Of a stretch of 64,000 nt of DNA, positions 26,826 through 38,400 are shown piece by piece; the stretch's first letter is position 1, and the number at the start of each line of letters is the position of its first letter. Location of the stretch: assembly GCF_036321535.1 (NCBI RefSeq), contig NC_087436.1:15686001-15750000 (forward strand), read 5' to 3'. Source of the stretch: Camelus dromedarius. Lineage: Eukaryota. A model generated the notes under the pieces. It worked only from the letters and a program-made list of their open reading frames with translations. It was not told the origin of the DNA and did no database searches. The position numbers and the translations under genes are program-made.

Positions 26826-28250
26826 GCCCCCCACCGTGTTCCGCCCCAGTCAGTACGCCTGTCTCCTTCACAGAGGTAGCAGTGTGACGACATCCCATCA
26901 AATCAGTGGTACTGAGTAAGGAGACTACTGAATGGAGACATTCAATAAAATCTCTTATATTCTTCCTGGACACATAGGAGGCTGGCTTTTGGCTCTAAGT
27001 ACTGACTCTAATCCTTTTAATTACTGTACCTGCGTCAACATAATATTAACACATGGAGTCTCTCCACTTTTGCACCAAGAAGTTTCCTCTGAAAACTTCT
27101 GTCCACCTACTTGTGTTTTAGTGCTGTTACCTCTTCTATATTACCTTATACTAAATTTTTTTTCAGGTAGTTGTTTACAGAAAGCCTTTAAAAACTTTTT
27201 TTTTTATTTAAAAAAATGTGTTGCTGAAAATATCTATATTTTATATTACGGTCCTAGCTTCATGATACTGAAGACCACTTGCAGCTTAATTTTTTCTTGT
27301 CTGTCAGAACAGTATGTTCTAAAGGGTCCCTCTCATAAAATAAACTATGTATCATTGTATCTTCCTGAAGTTTTTTCTTATCTACCTAAGGAACAGCAAG
27401 AGGATTTATCCAGATGACCATAAGCATAGATTTTAAAAGAGCATAAATTCAAAAATAAGTATAAAATTTAAAAGAGCATTCTGAAAAAAAATGAAGAATT
27501 TTATAAACAAGTTTTCTTTCTAAATCATATCATTAAACTTTCATGGTTACGTATTTTTTCTAAATGATTCCAAAAATAATTATTCCATCTGTTCTGAATA
27601 AAGACAAAAATCAGATGAACAAACAGCCTCACAAACTAGTAACATTAACCTTTGCAGCTGGTGAGTTTTGACCAATGAGTAAGTTGAGGCTCAGAAGGGT
27701 TCTGTTACTTGCCCAAGGTCACACAGTCGGAGGCAGCCAGGACCAACCAGCTATTGAACAAAAGTTGAAGCAGGCAAAAGATTTTTTTTAGGTGGTGATG
27801 TTTTTAATTCTGATCTTAGGGAGGAATGCTGTTGGTCCTTTAGGTCAAATTGATTATAAAAGTGATCTATTTTGATCTGATAAGAGAAGGCAGGAATTCT
27901 GATGTCAAACACAAAAGAGATATAAAGGGTCAGAATTCTTTTGAGCACCATATAATTGCTACCTGACTTCCAGTGGTGTCCACTGGAAGACTCAGTATGT
28001 AGGAAGCTGTGAAAGCAATTTTAAATTTACATGCAGACTCACTTCACCAGCCTCCTCAGTTCCCATAAAGCATATTAAATACCAAAGGCAATTTTAAAGA
28101 TTCTTAAATTCGCGTCTTGTAAATAGGATAGACCAAACTTGCTGCTTGGTGCCATTTGAGTCCCCAGAATGACCTGGCATTATAAATGATCCTTCTTTAA
28201 AAGGATTAATGAGTGTGTAACAGCTTTTCTTTCTTTTTTTTTTTTTCTAG

Positions 28251-28291
28251 CCAAGGACCCTTGTCATCCATTAGAGCAGTAATCAAGAGAT
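28251..28291 (+). CDS. SH3D19: SH3D19 coding exon (41 nt, phase 2->1), QGPLSSIRAVIKR
   Basis: Long poly-T tract with ttctag| acceptor and T|gtaagt donor. The peptide matches my recollection of the long SH3D19 N-terminus and joins in frame to 33881. Confidence 0.9.
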
Positions 28292-29759
28292 GTAAGTTTG
28301 TTTTTTCCTGCTTTGTATTTTCCTCTGTAATAATTTAAAGTGATGATTTAGATTTCCAGCAAGTGGCTGTATTTGATGAATCTTACAAAGAATCAGATGA
28401 GTAGCTTCTCCTAAGGAGTAATAAACCATCTTACACAAGCAGCTAGTTTTTCAACATTCTTTTCAATTTTCATTTATTGATAAGCCAGTTCCTCAGAATA
28501 ATATTTCTCTCCTAAAGAACTAAGCTGTTTTTTAAAAAGCCCTGTAATCACCACAATAAAAGTGTTAAAAAAAAAAACAAACCTGTATTACCTAGTCAGT
28601 TTTAGTGATCTAATGTTAAGTTGTATGTAACCATTTTCTATAGTTAAGAGACATCTGATAGGTTTCAAAAATATCAAGCCCCATCCCTTTTTATTCACTT
28701 GCTTCCAGTATCTAACTGTATAAATGTTTATTTTATTTTATTAAATATCCCAATATTTGACTATATAAATGCTTGTGGAGACTGGCTCACACTTCCACCA
28801 CATGCATGATAGAAGTGCTACAACAGAATTCTCTCTAACATGGTGCATTCATACTTTCTTACTTTACCTCTTTAAAGCTTTAAAGCTCTTGGTGGCAGGA
28901 TTTCAACATTCTTTTTAATAAAAGGCTCTGCAAACATCCTTTTTCCAAATAGAACTTGGATTACCTGTTATAAAAAAAAAATAAGAAAGGGATTTTAAAT
29001 GTTCTTCACATTATTTGAGCTGAGGTCACCACCCTGAGGAGAATGTATCCTATTTTTAGAAACATAACTTACACTATTTAGCATGAATTTAGGGTATCCA
29101 CAGGTGTGAAGAGCATGCATTTGAGCCATTGCAGTGAAACATTTGCAAGGTGGCAGTACAGAGGGGTGTTCCACGCTTCCCCACGTTTAGTTGTTGGTTG
29201 GAGGCGGTGAATTATAAAGGTGTGGCAATGCCACAGTGTATGTTAATGAGAATTCATCTGTGAACATGAACAATTCATGACGGCTTTACGTGACTAAGAG
29301 CTCATGAGGGGAAGTGGGGAGAAGGAGCAGGGAAGGAATTTAAAAAGGAAACTAGGGCTTGGAAATTAGGCAAGAATTTCTTGCTGAAGATGTAATTTGG
29401 AGTAATTAAGGTTATAGACAAAGCCCTGGGAGTAGCTAAATATTTAGGGAGAAAGGGCTGAGAACAGAGAAGGGTGACAAAAGACAGAATCTTAGGAAAC
29501 ATGGATGACTGAGGTCAAGCGGTGCCTTTCAGCTTCAATAGGGTAAAAGAGGCAAGACCGGAAAACCCAGCACCAGCCCTGCTGGGGAGGAGGGCCTCCT
29601 CTCATGGGGTCCTGTTTGCTGGCTCCTGCCTTTGTTCTCTGGCTTCTCACCTCTCCTCCCTCTTGGGTTTCGGGACCTCTTTGTTGGGGATTATAATCTG
29701 TGACTTCCCGTAGATCTTCCACGATGGATCCTGCTTACCCCTTGCCCCCTGTGCTGTGC

Positions 29760-30150
29760 AAGGCTTAAGAGAAGGCAGCTAAGGAGTAGTGGATCAAAAA
29801 GGCAGAGAAAGAATGATCGGAGTCAAAGAAAACTAGGAGACAGCCGTGTGTTAGAGGTCAAGGAAGGAGAGGTTTTCAAAAAGAATGAGCGAACCACAGA
29901 TAGCTCTTAATGCTGCAGTAGGTGAGGTGACAGGTGGCTGAGAATAGGTCATTGTGTGTGGCACTTAGGAGGTCAGCAGTGACCTTTAAGCAGGCGGTTT
30001 CAGGAGAACATTGAGGTTGGAAGCCACACTTCATTTCAACAATGAATGGAACACGTGAGGTTTGGACACTGGGGTAGGCGACTCTCTTATGAAATTTGCT
30101 GATAAACAGGACAAGGGAGGCCTGAGAAGGAAGAAGGGTCAAGCAGAGAG
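29760..30150. mobile_element. Probable L2 fragment
   Basis: Purine-rich ggaaggagaggttttcaaaagaatgag...ggtcagcagtgacctt...aagccacac. Confidence 0.55.
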
Positions 30151-30879
30151 TAGATCTGACCGTGTTTATAGGGTGAGGAAGCCTGGCAACGTTTGTAGGC
30201 CGCGGGGAAGGAGCCAGTGGAGAGGCCGGACTGGAGCAGGAGAGGAGAGGAAATGGTGAAGCAGGGTCCCTGCAGGCAGAGGGAGGAGGAGGTGAAACAA
30301 AGGGAAACTTTGAGCTGTCTTTAAAAACAGATAATAACCCAGTTGTCTTAATTCTTACATGTCACTCACTTTGTGTACAGAGTGAAGGGTTTATTGGCTG
30401 CATTTACCCCTGATGTTCACGCAGTAAGGCCAAACAGCCCACACAAACACAGAACGGGGAATAGCTGTGTCTTCACCCCCCTTATCCCCCCTTTGCCCCT
30501 TCTGTAAGAAATGTTGTGAGCAAATTTTGTCTTGTTCAACGCACTGAAATGTTTGCTTTACTATCCCAGACTCTGTCATCTGTCCTTAGCAGGGAAGAAG
30601 ACTATCACATTTGAAAGCAATATTCCATAACTGATCATGTTTTAAATTCTGTCATAATGATTCTTGTTCCGGTCGAGTGAGATCCTTCTTTTTGTATTCG
30701 TTCTGGAAAGCCTGAAATATTTTGGGTAACGATTTTAAATGTGTTCTAATTGGATATACCTGGTAGGTCAGGCTTTTCCTTTCATTGACTTTTTAAGAGA
30801 AAATTATTCTGTGAAATTCAGATTTAGCTAATAGTCATTGCCAACTGTGAGTTGGGAACTGTCCCCTTACATCATAAAA

Positions 30880-31010
30880 TAGTGCTCTGCATGGTGGATG
30901 TTTATCCCACTTTACAGATGGCAGGGACACCGAGTGCCAGAGGTTAAGTGGCCTCACAAGGTGGATCTGAGATGTGAGCCTAGGCCTCCTGACTCCAAGG
31001 CCATTTTCAG
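30880..31010 (-). mobile_element. MIR SINE
   Basis: tttatcccactttacagatg...agaggttaagtggcct...cctgactccaagg. Confidence 0.7.
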
Positions 31011-32457
31011 CTTTCCGCTCCAGGGATGTTGTTGTTGTCATGCCAGAAGCCTCCAGCTCATACCCTGTCCCAAGCAAATGTATTTAATGAGTTGTTTTTA
31101 CCATTGTGATTTTCATTGGTAAGAACTATAACAAGGATGCCTGTAGTATAATAATCCTTCTATGTCTTTATTTCTTCTGACCATCATCTAATTGATAATT
31201 TCGAATTATTTAGAATTAAGACTAGCATCCACCTCTCCTGGCTCCACAAGGAGTCTAACTGCTTCAAGAAGCAAACTGCTCCCAGCCCTTCCCATAGTGA
31301 GCTGTGTGAGGTGGGATAATTCACTGACCCTCTCTGATCTTAGTCTCCTCATCTGTCAGGTTGGAGCAGGATGATCACTGAGGGTCCTTCCAGGCTTACA
31401 GTCCTATGGAAACTTAGGAAAATTCTTTATTAGTGCTAATACTGCAAATCCAGATCTCAATCTTTTATAAACAGCTGAATATGAATTTGTCTTATATTTA
31501 GAATTTAAACATATGAACTAGGAAAGTTTGAAAATAATTCTGTAAAATGATATAACTTTCATCTAAAGTATCGCCTTTATTCTGTGGCCTTAATCCAAAA
31601 TGCATGGAGGACTGGCAGTTTGTGGCACGGGTTAAAAGGAGCATGTTGGCCTATGTGGTCGAAGATTTGACTCTCCTGGCAACACCTACATCAAATCTGT
31701 TTAATCTGGGAAAGTGAGAATGAGATTAGGCAGATAGTTGAGAAATTAGCAGGAAGAGTGTGAGATGCTCTGTGAAAATCTAAAGGATTTCTAGCTGTTA
31801 AACTTGTTCAATCCTGACAAAAAGTACCAATCACTCTGTAAGGATCAAGAGAGAAAAGAGATTTCCAAGATGAGTGAACGTGAGAAAAAAAATTTTAAAT
31901 TCGGAGCAGCAGAGGGGAGAGTAGTGATAGTCCACAGATGTGCAGAGAACTCTATGACTAGGAGACCTTCTCTCCCCTCATTCAGCTACATCCAGTGTGG
32001 GACTTCCACTCTGCTAACCGGGGACGCTGTTACTAATGCCTCTGGTGTGAAGGGGCTGAATCAAGTGAAAAGCCACTGATTTAAAAGATGTAAATTGTCT
32101 ACTGAATTACCTTTTAAATATTATTCATACTTGAAAATTGATCCCTGTTGAAGTAGCAGATTGATTTTGCAAAAATGGGTTTTAGATTTTTTTTTTTTTC
32201 ACTGTTGTTAAAAACTGTAGGAAATTTTCTTTTTTTACTGTGGTTATGTGTGTGGACATATCTTCACTTGCAACATATTTCTTTACTCTCTGAAACTATG
32301 TTTCATCAACCTTTCCTTTCCATCGAAGTGCAGAGTGGGGAGAAACAGTGGCATGGCAAGACAGTTTTGCTCCTGAATTCCTGTTAGAATTTACGCAACT
32401 GGGTTCACTCTTTTTTCTCCCTTTCCTCTTCTGTAACCCCTTCTTTTTTTCCCTTAG

Positions 32458-32497
32458 CACTCATGAATAGTGCACAGCAAAATGCCCCGTGGAAGAG
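32458..32497 (+). CDS. SH3D19: Candidate alternative (mutually exclusive) SH3D19 micro-exon (40 nt, phase 1->2), (S)LMNSAQQNAPWKR
   Basis: ~50-nt polypyrimidine tract ending cccttag|, donor AG|gtatgt. Open in the frame set by exon 28251 and phase-compatible with exon 36288. Confidence 0.65.
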
Positions 32498-33880
32498 GTA
32501 TGTTTGTAATAATAACATGACGGCTTTTAAAAGTGCTGTGTCTGCTGATTCTGCTTTAGTGATGATGGTAATGTGATTGTAGCACACTCGGTGAGCCTCT
32601 AACTTAATGAAACCATTCTTACAAATCAGCTGTGCCACTCAGAGCTAAAGCCTCTCTGTCTTCTTTTATTCTGATAGATAAAATGCACCTTGACTTGGTT
32701 TAACTCTTGATAAAAATGTACCAATCAAGCCAGAACATCCTCCAACTCAAGATCCAGGGGTTTGGGTTTCAGATGTTGAGTTTGCTTTGCTAACCTCATG
32801 TAGGTTCCACTGCCACAGCTCCAGCCCCAGCCTAACTTTTATCCCCACCTGCCATCTCCACCCCAGCCTCCCCAGTCTTGGCAGTCTCCTTGTTCAGAGA
32901 GAGCCAGAAGTTAATAGGAAGAAGAAAGAGAAAATTCATACCTTCAACCTTTTTGAATCAGAAGAATTGATAGAGTATTGGAGAGATACGAAGGTAGAAA
33001 TAGTTTATATCTAAAACAAACTCCCTTTTGTCCACAAATCTTTACAGTATAGTATTTGAAGACTTTTTATAAGATATCCTTGGAATGTGCTCCTTAAAAT
33101 AGGGATACTTTTCTGTATTACACTTATATGTAAATATGTGACCCCATATGTGACGTATTAAGACATAATTTTAAAATAAATTATGTCTGATTGTTGTATG
33201 ATTAAGACATAATTTTAAAATAAAATTTGGAAAAAATTTAAACCATCTAGATTTTTGAGTTCGAGGTTTAAGGGAAAAGTTAGTGCTGAATGTACAATAA
33301 TACTGTCTGCTAGAAACATGTTTATAAAAGAGATTTGAATACTTTTTGCATTTATTATTATACTCTCTTAATTTAAGCAATGAAACAACTTAAAGCTTGT
33401 AAAACTCCAGGAAAATTAAAAAGTAGATGAAAATTTGACCACATCCACTCTCTTTACAGTAGAGTTATAAACAAACATTACAAAAGTAGAGTCACATGGA
33501 TTAGAAGAGACACTTAAAATTTTTTTCTGCCCATTGTTAATTCATGTCATCATAATGCTCTCACCATGCAGTTTCTATTTAATAGCTGTCTTCTTTTCTC
33601 TGTTCATTCTTCAGCTTATTTTCAGAACCACAGAATGTGCTTTGGGGAGTTTTTGAAATCTGTCTTTTTTCATGCAATTCAAATATATCCCTGTAATTAA
33701 CTTTAGGCCATATGAAAAGATCCTTTTGATTTGCTTTTCTACTTAAGGGTGTTAAAATTCATACATTCTATCTGATGTCAAGTATAAGCTAACTTTTTCC
33801 AATAGTATATCATATAAAAATTTAAACCTCTATTGAATGTACTAATTTTGTACTATATCAGTTAATTTTTTCTTTTATAG

Positions 33881-33923
33881 CTTCTCGGACTTCTATTCAG
33901 AGTGAGCTTCATCGAGATAGGAG
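33881..33923 (+). CDS. SH3D19: SH3D19 coding exon (43 nt, phase 1->2), (S)SRTSIQSELHRDRR
   Basis: ttttttcttttatag| acceptor and AG|gtatga donor; in frame with both neighbours. Confidence 0.9.
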
Positions 33924-34519
33924 GTATGATTCTGTTTATAATAGAAGACATATATTCTGATAATTGTGAAGTAAAATTGTGTCATCAGTTAGCAAGTTAA
34001 ATATTTCTCTCATAAGCAGTGTATTACAGTGTCCTGCCTCATTGATACGTTTTATGAATTTGTCTATAAGTTTAAATGATGAAGATTTTGCTTGAGAGAA
34101 GCAGCAGCACAAGCTTGATAATGCCCTTTTGACAGTAATTATTTATTGCACTCAATTTCCAAATGTTTACTGAGCAATTGCTATATGGAAAGCATTGTTG
34201 TGGTTGCTGCAGAGAAATGCTTTGGACCTCACAGATACTTAGTAAATGTCATATGGATGTAAGAACTGATGACAGGATAGAAAATTGGATAAAGAAAGGA
34301 TAAAGAAAGGAAAAGAGTCAGGCAGGCTATACGGATAGCTGAACCAATAAAAATGGCTAGATGTCTGGTTGGAGGGAAGGACGGAGGGGACCCGGGGGAG
34401 CGAGTCATTGGATAGATAGGAGGGACCAATAGACAGATAGATGGCAGAATGGATGCAAAGGTGAACAGGTCGATAAATAGGATAGATTTCTAGAAGACAT
34501 GGTCCCTGCTCTCAAATTT

Positions 34520-34700
34520 CTTATACAGTAGTGAAGAACAAGGACTTTTGGAGTCAGACATAACCAAGTTCAAATCCAAGCCTCACTTTCTCACCACGTG
34601 ACCTTGGACAAACTCCTTAACCTTTCTTAGCCTCTATATTCCTATCTTTAAAATAGTACATATCATACCTTGTACGATTGTCCTTAAGGGTTAATGTGTA
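34520..34700 (+). mobile_element. MIR SINE
   Basis: tttggagtcagaca...gttcaaatcc...gtgaccttggacaa. Confidence 0.7.
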
Positions 34701-36287
34701 TATAGTGGTTAACATTTATTAACTAGTATTGCATTATTTAGTTAGATAAAAGCTATATAAAAATTGGAATGCCTCACTTGGATTCCACAGAGGAGACTGA
34801 CAGTAAATTCAGTGTGGCACACTTAGCACAGTGTCTAAGAGGGGATTGGCTAAATGCAATTTGTGAAACAATTTTTCTAACTCTGAATATAATACATGCT
34901 CATTACAGAAAATATCGGACAACCAAGAAAAACATAAACAGCCTATTCACCCTCCTATGTAAAGACAGCAACGATTAATAACTTTGAATAGTACATTCCA
35001 GATTATGAAGATAGGTAACTAGATTCTGTACATACATCTCAGAACCCTGCTTCTCCCTGTAGTTAGATCTTATAATTGTATTTCCCTTTGTCAGTGCAGT
35101 TTCTTCTAATATATGACTTTTAGTGTTTAAATATTTGTGATATGATCCTATAACTTTGTTTAATCATTTTTCTCATGCCAAAAGTATGTATTCTTTTTTT
35201 TAAAATAGACTTTATTCTTTTAGAGCAATTTCAGGTTCACAACAGAATTGAGCTGAAAATACAGAGAGTTCGCACATAGCCCTCCCCACCCACACACATA
35301 CACTCCTTTGTGCTAATAAATAATTCTTGTTATTTAGCCTTTAGACAGCCATAAGCAGAGGTTCTTAGGTAATTCAATTCAAATGTAATCAATGGGCAGG
35401 TTCTGCTGTTTCACAAGCTAGCACGAGAATATGTATACATGCACAGTTTTGATAATAGCAGTGCTTTTTAATTTTAATTTTAATTTTTATTTTCCGTAGA
35501 CTACTAGAGAAAAGCAGAGCAGGTATCATCATACCTGTTTGTTAGATGAGAAAAGCGAGGCTCAGAGAGGTTGGCTGGGTGTGCTCAGAGTCACACAGCT
35601 GGTATTTGTAAGGAAATCAGGTTGAAAGTAAACCTTTAAATATGAGACCGTAGAATCAGGTTAAGGAAATGATGAAAGAAGGCACGCCTAACTATGGCTC
35701 CTCAGTATTGAAGGTGAGTCATCAGGTTCACATACAGACTGACCAGGAACACGGACACACACATCAGGGTCTGTAAGTGAACGTGTAAACTCTAAACACT
35801 TAGAGATAACTCTGAATGTGAGAGAGGTTGAGTGAGGAGGAAGGGGCTGTTCTAATTACAAGGCATCATTTCAGAGTACGTACTTTATAATAACAGAAAA
35901 CTTAATCTTTTCTTTGACCAATGCCCTTTGCCCCCTTAAGGTAACTCCTTGTCTGTGCTCTAGGCTACATCGCAGAGCCCTGGAAGGGAGGGACTGTACG
36001 GGTCTTAGTCCTTATTCTTACCAACCAAGGCAGAGCGAAGTGCGCTCAGGGTACATCTCTAGCTTTCAGAGGCCAGTGTCGTGGAGGATGACTGTCATCT
36101 GCTCTCTGGAAGCCTGCCTGGGTGTGCTGAGAGAGACAGCCCAGGCCAGACAGGTCATTCTGTGACTTTGGCGGTTCTTCTGTAACCTTTTTTGGGTGGT
36201 AGTTATTTTCTCGATCTTTGAACATTTGCAAGTAGACGATAGCTTGTTACCAAACCGAAAACCCTCACTGAGGCTTCTGTCTGCCAG

Positions 36288-36426
36288 GCGCCCAGAGATC
36301 ACCATTGTGGCAGCCGAGCCACTGAGGCCGGCCTCGTGGTTTCCAGGAGCACCACCTCCAGGACTGGGATTTCCCCCGTCTTCTGCAGCAGGCCCGTGGA
36401 GGCCCAGTGAGCTGGTTCCTGCTGAG
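36288..36426 (+). CDS. SH3D19: SH3D19 coding exon (139 nt), RPEITIVAAEPLRP...ELVPAE
   Basis: ctgtctgccag| acceptor and GAG|gtgaat donor; part of ORF 36196..36483. Confidence 0.93.
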
Positions 36427-36553
36427 GTGAATAAATACCACATGATCTTTTGCATTTTAGTTTTAAATGAAGTTCAAGGATAAGAACAGTGAGACTGTTA
36501 ACACCTTGGCTATAGCCCACAGGTGTCTAAAATCTTCATTCTTCACTTTGCAG

Positions 36554-36707
36554 CTCCCACCGTCTTATGAACAAGTCATAAAAGAAATCAACCAAGTTCA
36601 AGTTAATAGTACAAATAACAATAATGCTGCTGCCACTCCAAGGCACACTATTACTTCTGCAACTCAGACTGACTTCTCAGAAGAAATAGACAACCATCTG
36701 CCTCAAA
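36554..36707 (+). CDS. SH3D19: SH3D19 coding exon, LPPSYEQVIKE...DNHLPQ (alternative donor after 36716)
   Basis: cactttgcag| acceptor; two in-phase donors A|gtaatg (36708) and A|gtaatt (36717); within ORF 36467..36745. Confidence 0.9.
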
Positions 36708-37395
36708 GTAATGCAAGTAATTTGTCTTCCCTAGTTCTGACCTAGTTCTAGGGAACTAATCAATAGGTTCTAGCCTTTAGAGTAACTTGTAATTTGTGCA
36801 TTATTCATTGAGCTCTGCCCCCCAGTCAGCGTGGTCACTGTGTGCTTGCTTTATTGGGGCTTGCTGTGATATTATAATGGATCATTCTCAAGCCAAGGCC
36901 CCAGTCACCCCAGTTCATATCACAAAAACATCTTTTTAGCTCATGGTTGGTATTGCCGTCGATGCCCTTTATTCCCATTGAGAAAGATGTTGTATTTAGC
37001 AACTTAAACTTGATAGGCAGCTAAAGGTTCTGTTAGGCTTTTAAAAAGCATTGTATTAGCGTTAACAGATGAGAGTACGTTACTTTGGAAAAGTAAAGCA
37101 AGAATTGTTGAAATTTTGACAAGAGAGAAATGGCTCACTGATAAGTCCACTGAGAATCAGGGATGTAACAGTGTTTTAAAATATTACATAATGAATATTA
37201 TATGAATAGAGACAACTTGAAGAGCCCTTCTGCAGGAAGCTGGATATAAACGTTTCCCCACTGATTTTAGAATTACTCTTTACTAATTAAGGAAACCAAA
37301 ATCTCTTGATAGTCTACGTGTATATTTTTAAAATTTGTGTATCTTCTATTGTTTTGTCTTTTCTATTTTAACGTTGCAACTTCTGTTCTTGTCAG

Positions 37396-38400
37396 CACTG
37401 CCGGCACCTCTCAAACCTCTGCAGCCTTCCCCAGCGGCCTCAGCCAGCGATCATGTGACAAATGTGGCGCCTTTAATAGTCTTTGATGTTTCCGAAGAAC
37501 AGAATTGTCCAGAAAACTCCAGTGCTACAAGATGTCCAGTGCCAAAACCAAGATCAAAAAGCAACCTCAGACCAGTAGCCAGAGATACCCACATTAAAGA
37601 GCAGAATCACCAGAAAAGCAGCGCAGCGGCCACCCGCGAGGAGCCAGCCCCGAGCCGGCCCCAGGCTCTGTTGGACAACACCAGCGACTTGGATAGTCAG
37701 GCAGTGATGAACATTATGAACACAGAACGAAGCCAAAATACTGTCATTTCAAGGATCAAAGCATTTGAGGGTCAGACAAATACAGAAAGCTTGGGACTGC
37801 CCAAGAAACCAGAAATTGCTCCCCGCACGCTGCCCCCAAGGCCTGCTGTTCCCTCAGGGAAACCCTCTGTGGCTCCCAAACCAGCAGCCAACAGAGCTTC
37901 TGGAGAATGGGACTCCTGGACTGAAAACAGACTCAGGGTGGCCTCCGGGGAAGGGCTCACCCCACATTCCCCAGCGCAAGAAGCCAGGAGCATCCCAGGA
38001 ACCAAACCTGAATTGCCAAAGAAACCAAACCCTGGCCTTATACGAAGTGTGAATCATGAGATTCTGGGAGGAGGGCCTGTGGCCGAGAGCCCTGACATTG
38101 GGAGGAAAGCCCCCACTCCTGCTCCTCGGCCTTTGCTGCCGAAGAAATCCATTTCCTCAGAAAACCCCAACTACCCTGCGGCTTTGCTGAAACCGGTCAC
38201 TGTTCCTCCCCGACTCTCAGTGGCATCACAAGCCAAAGCATTCAGGTCGCTGGGAGAGGGACCTCCAGCCAACCCCCCAGTGCCAGTTCTGCAGAGCAAG
38301 CTTCTGGGGGACATCGACCTCATCAGCTTTGATGATGATGTTTTACCCACCCCAACGGGGAACCTGGTTGAAGACTCTCTTGGTTCAGAGATGGTTCTGG
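37396..38400 (+). CDS. SH3D19: SH3D19 large proline-rich exon (1005 nt, phase 1->1); contains the internal ATG at 37707 (MNIMNT)
   Basis: ttcttgtcag| acceptor and G|gtgagt donor. ORF 37335..38408 contains MNIMNTERSQNTVISRIKAFEGQ and DIDLISFDDDVLP, which I recognise as SH3D19. Confidence 0.96.

Noticed and set aside
1..28250. Upstream SH3D19 exons, promoter, or a nested serine protease gene (PRSS48, recalled from the human locus)
   Set aside because: I found no CpG island, matching exon or trypsin-family motifs by eye; they probably lie upstream of the window.
37335..37395. N-terminus of the 357-aa ORF (MCIFYCFVFS...)
   Set aside because: It is the intron polypyrimidine tract; the exon begins at 37396.
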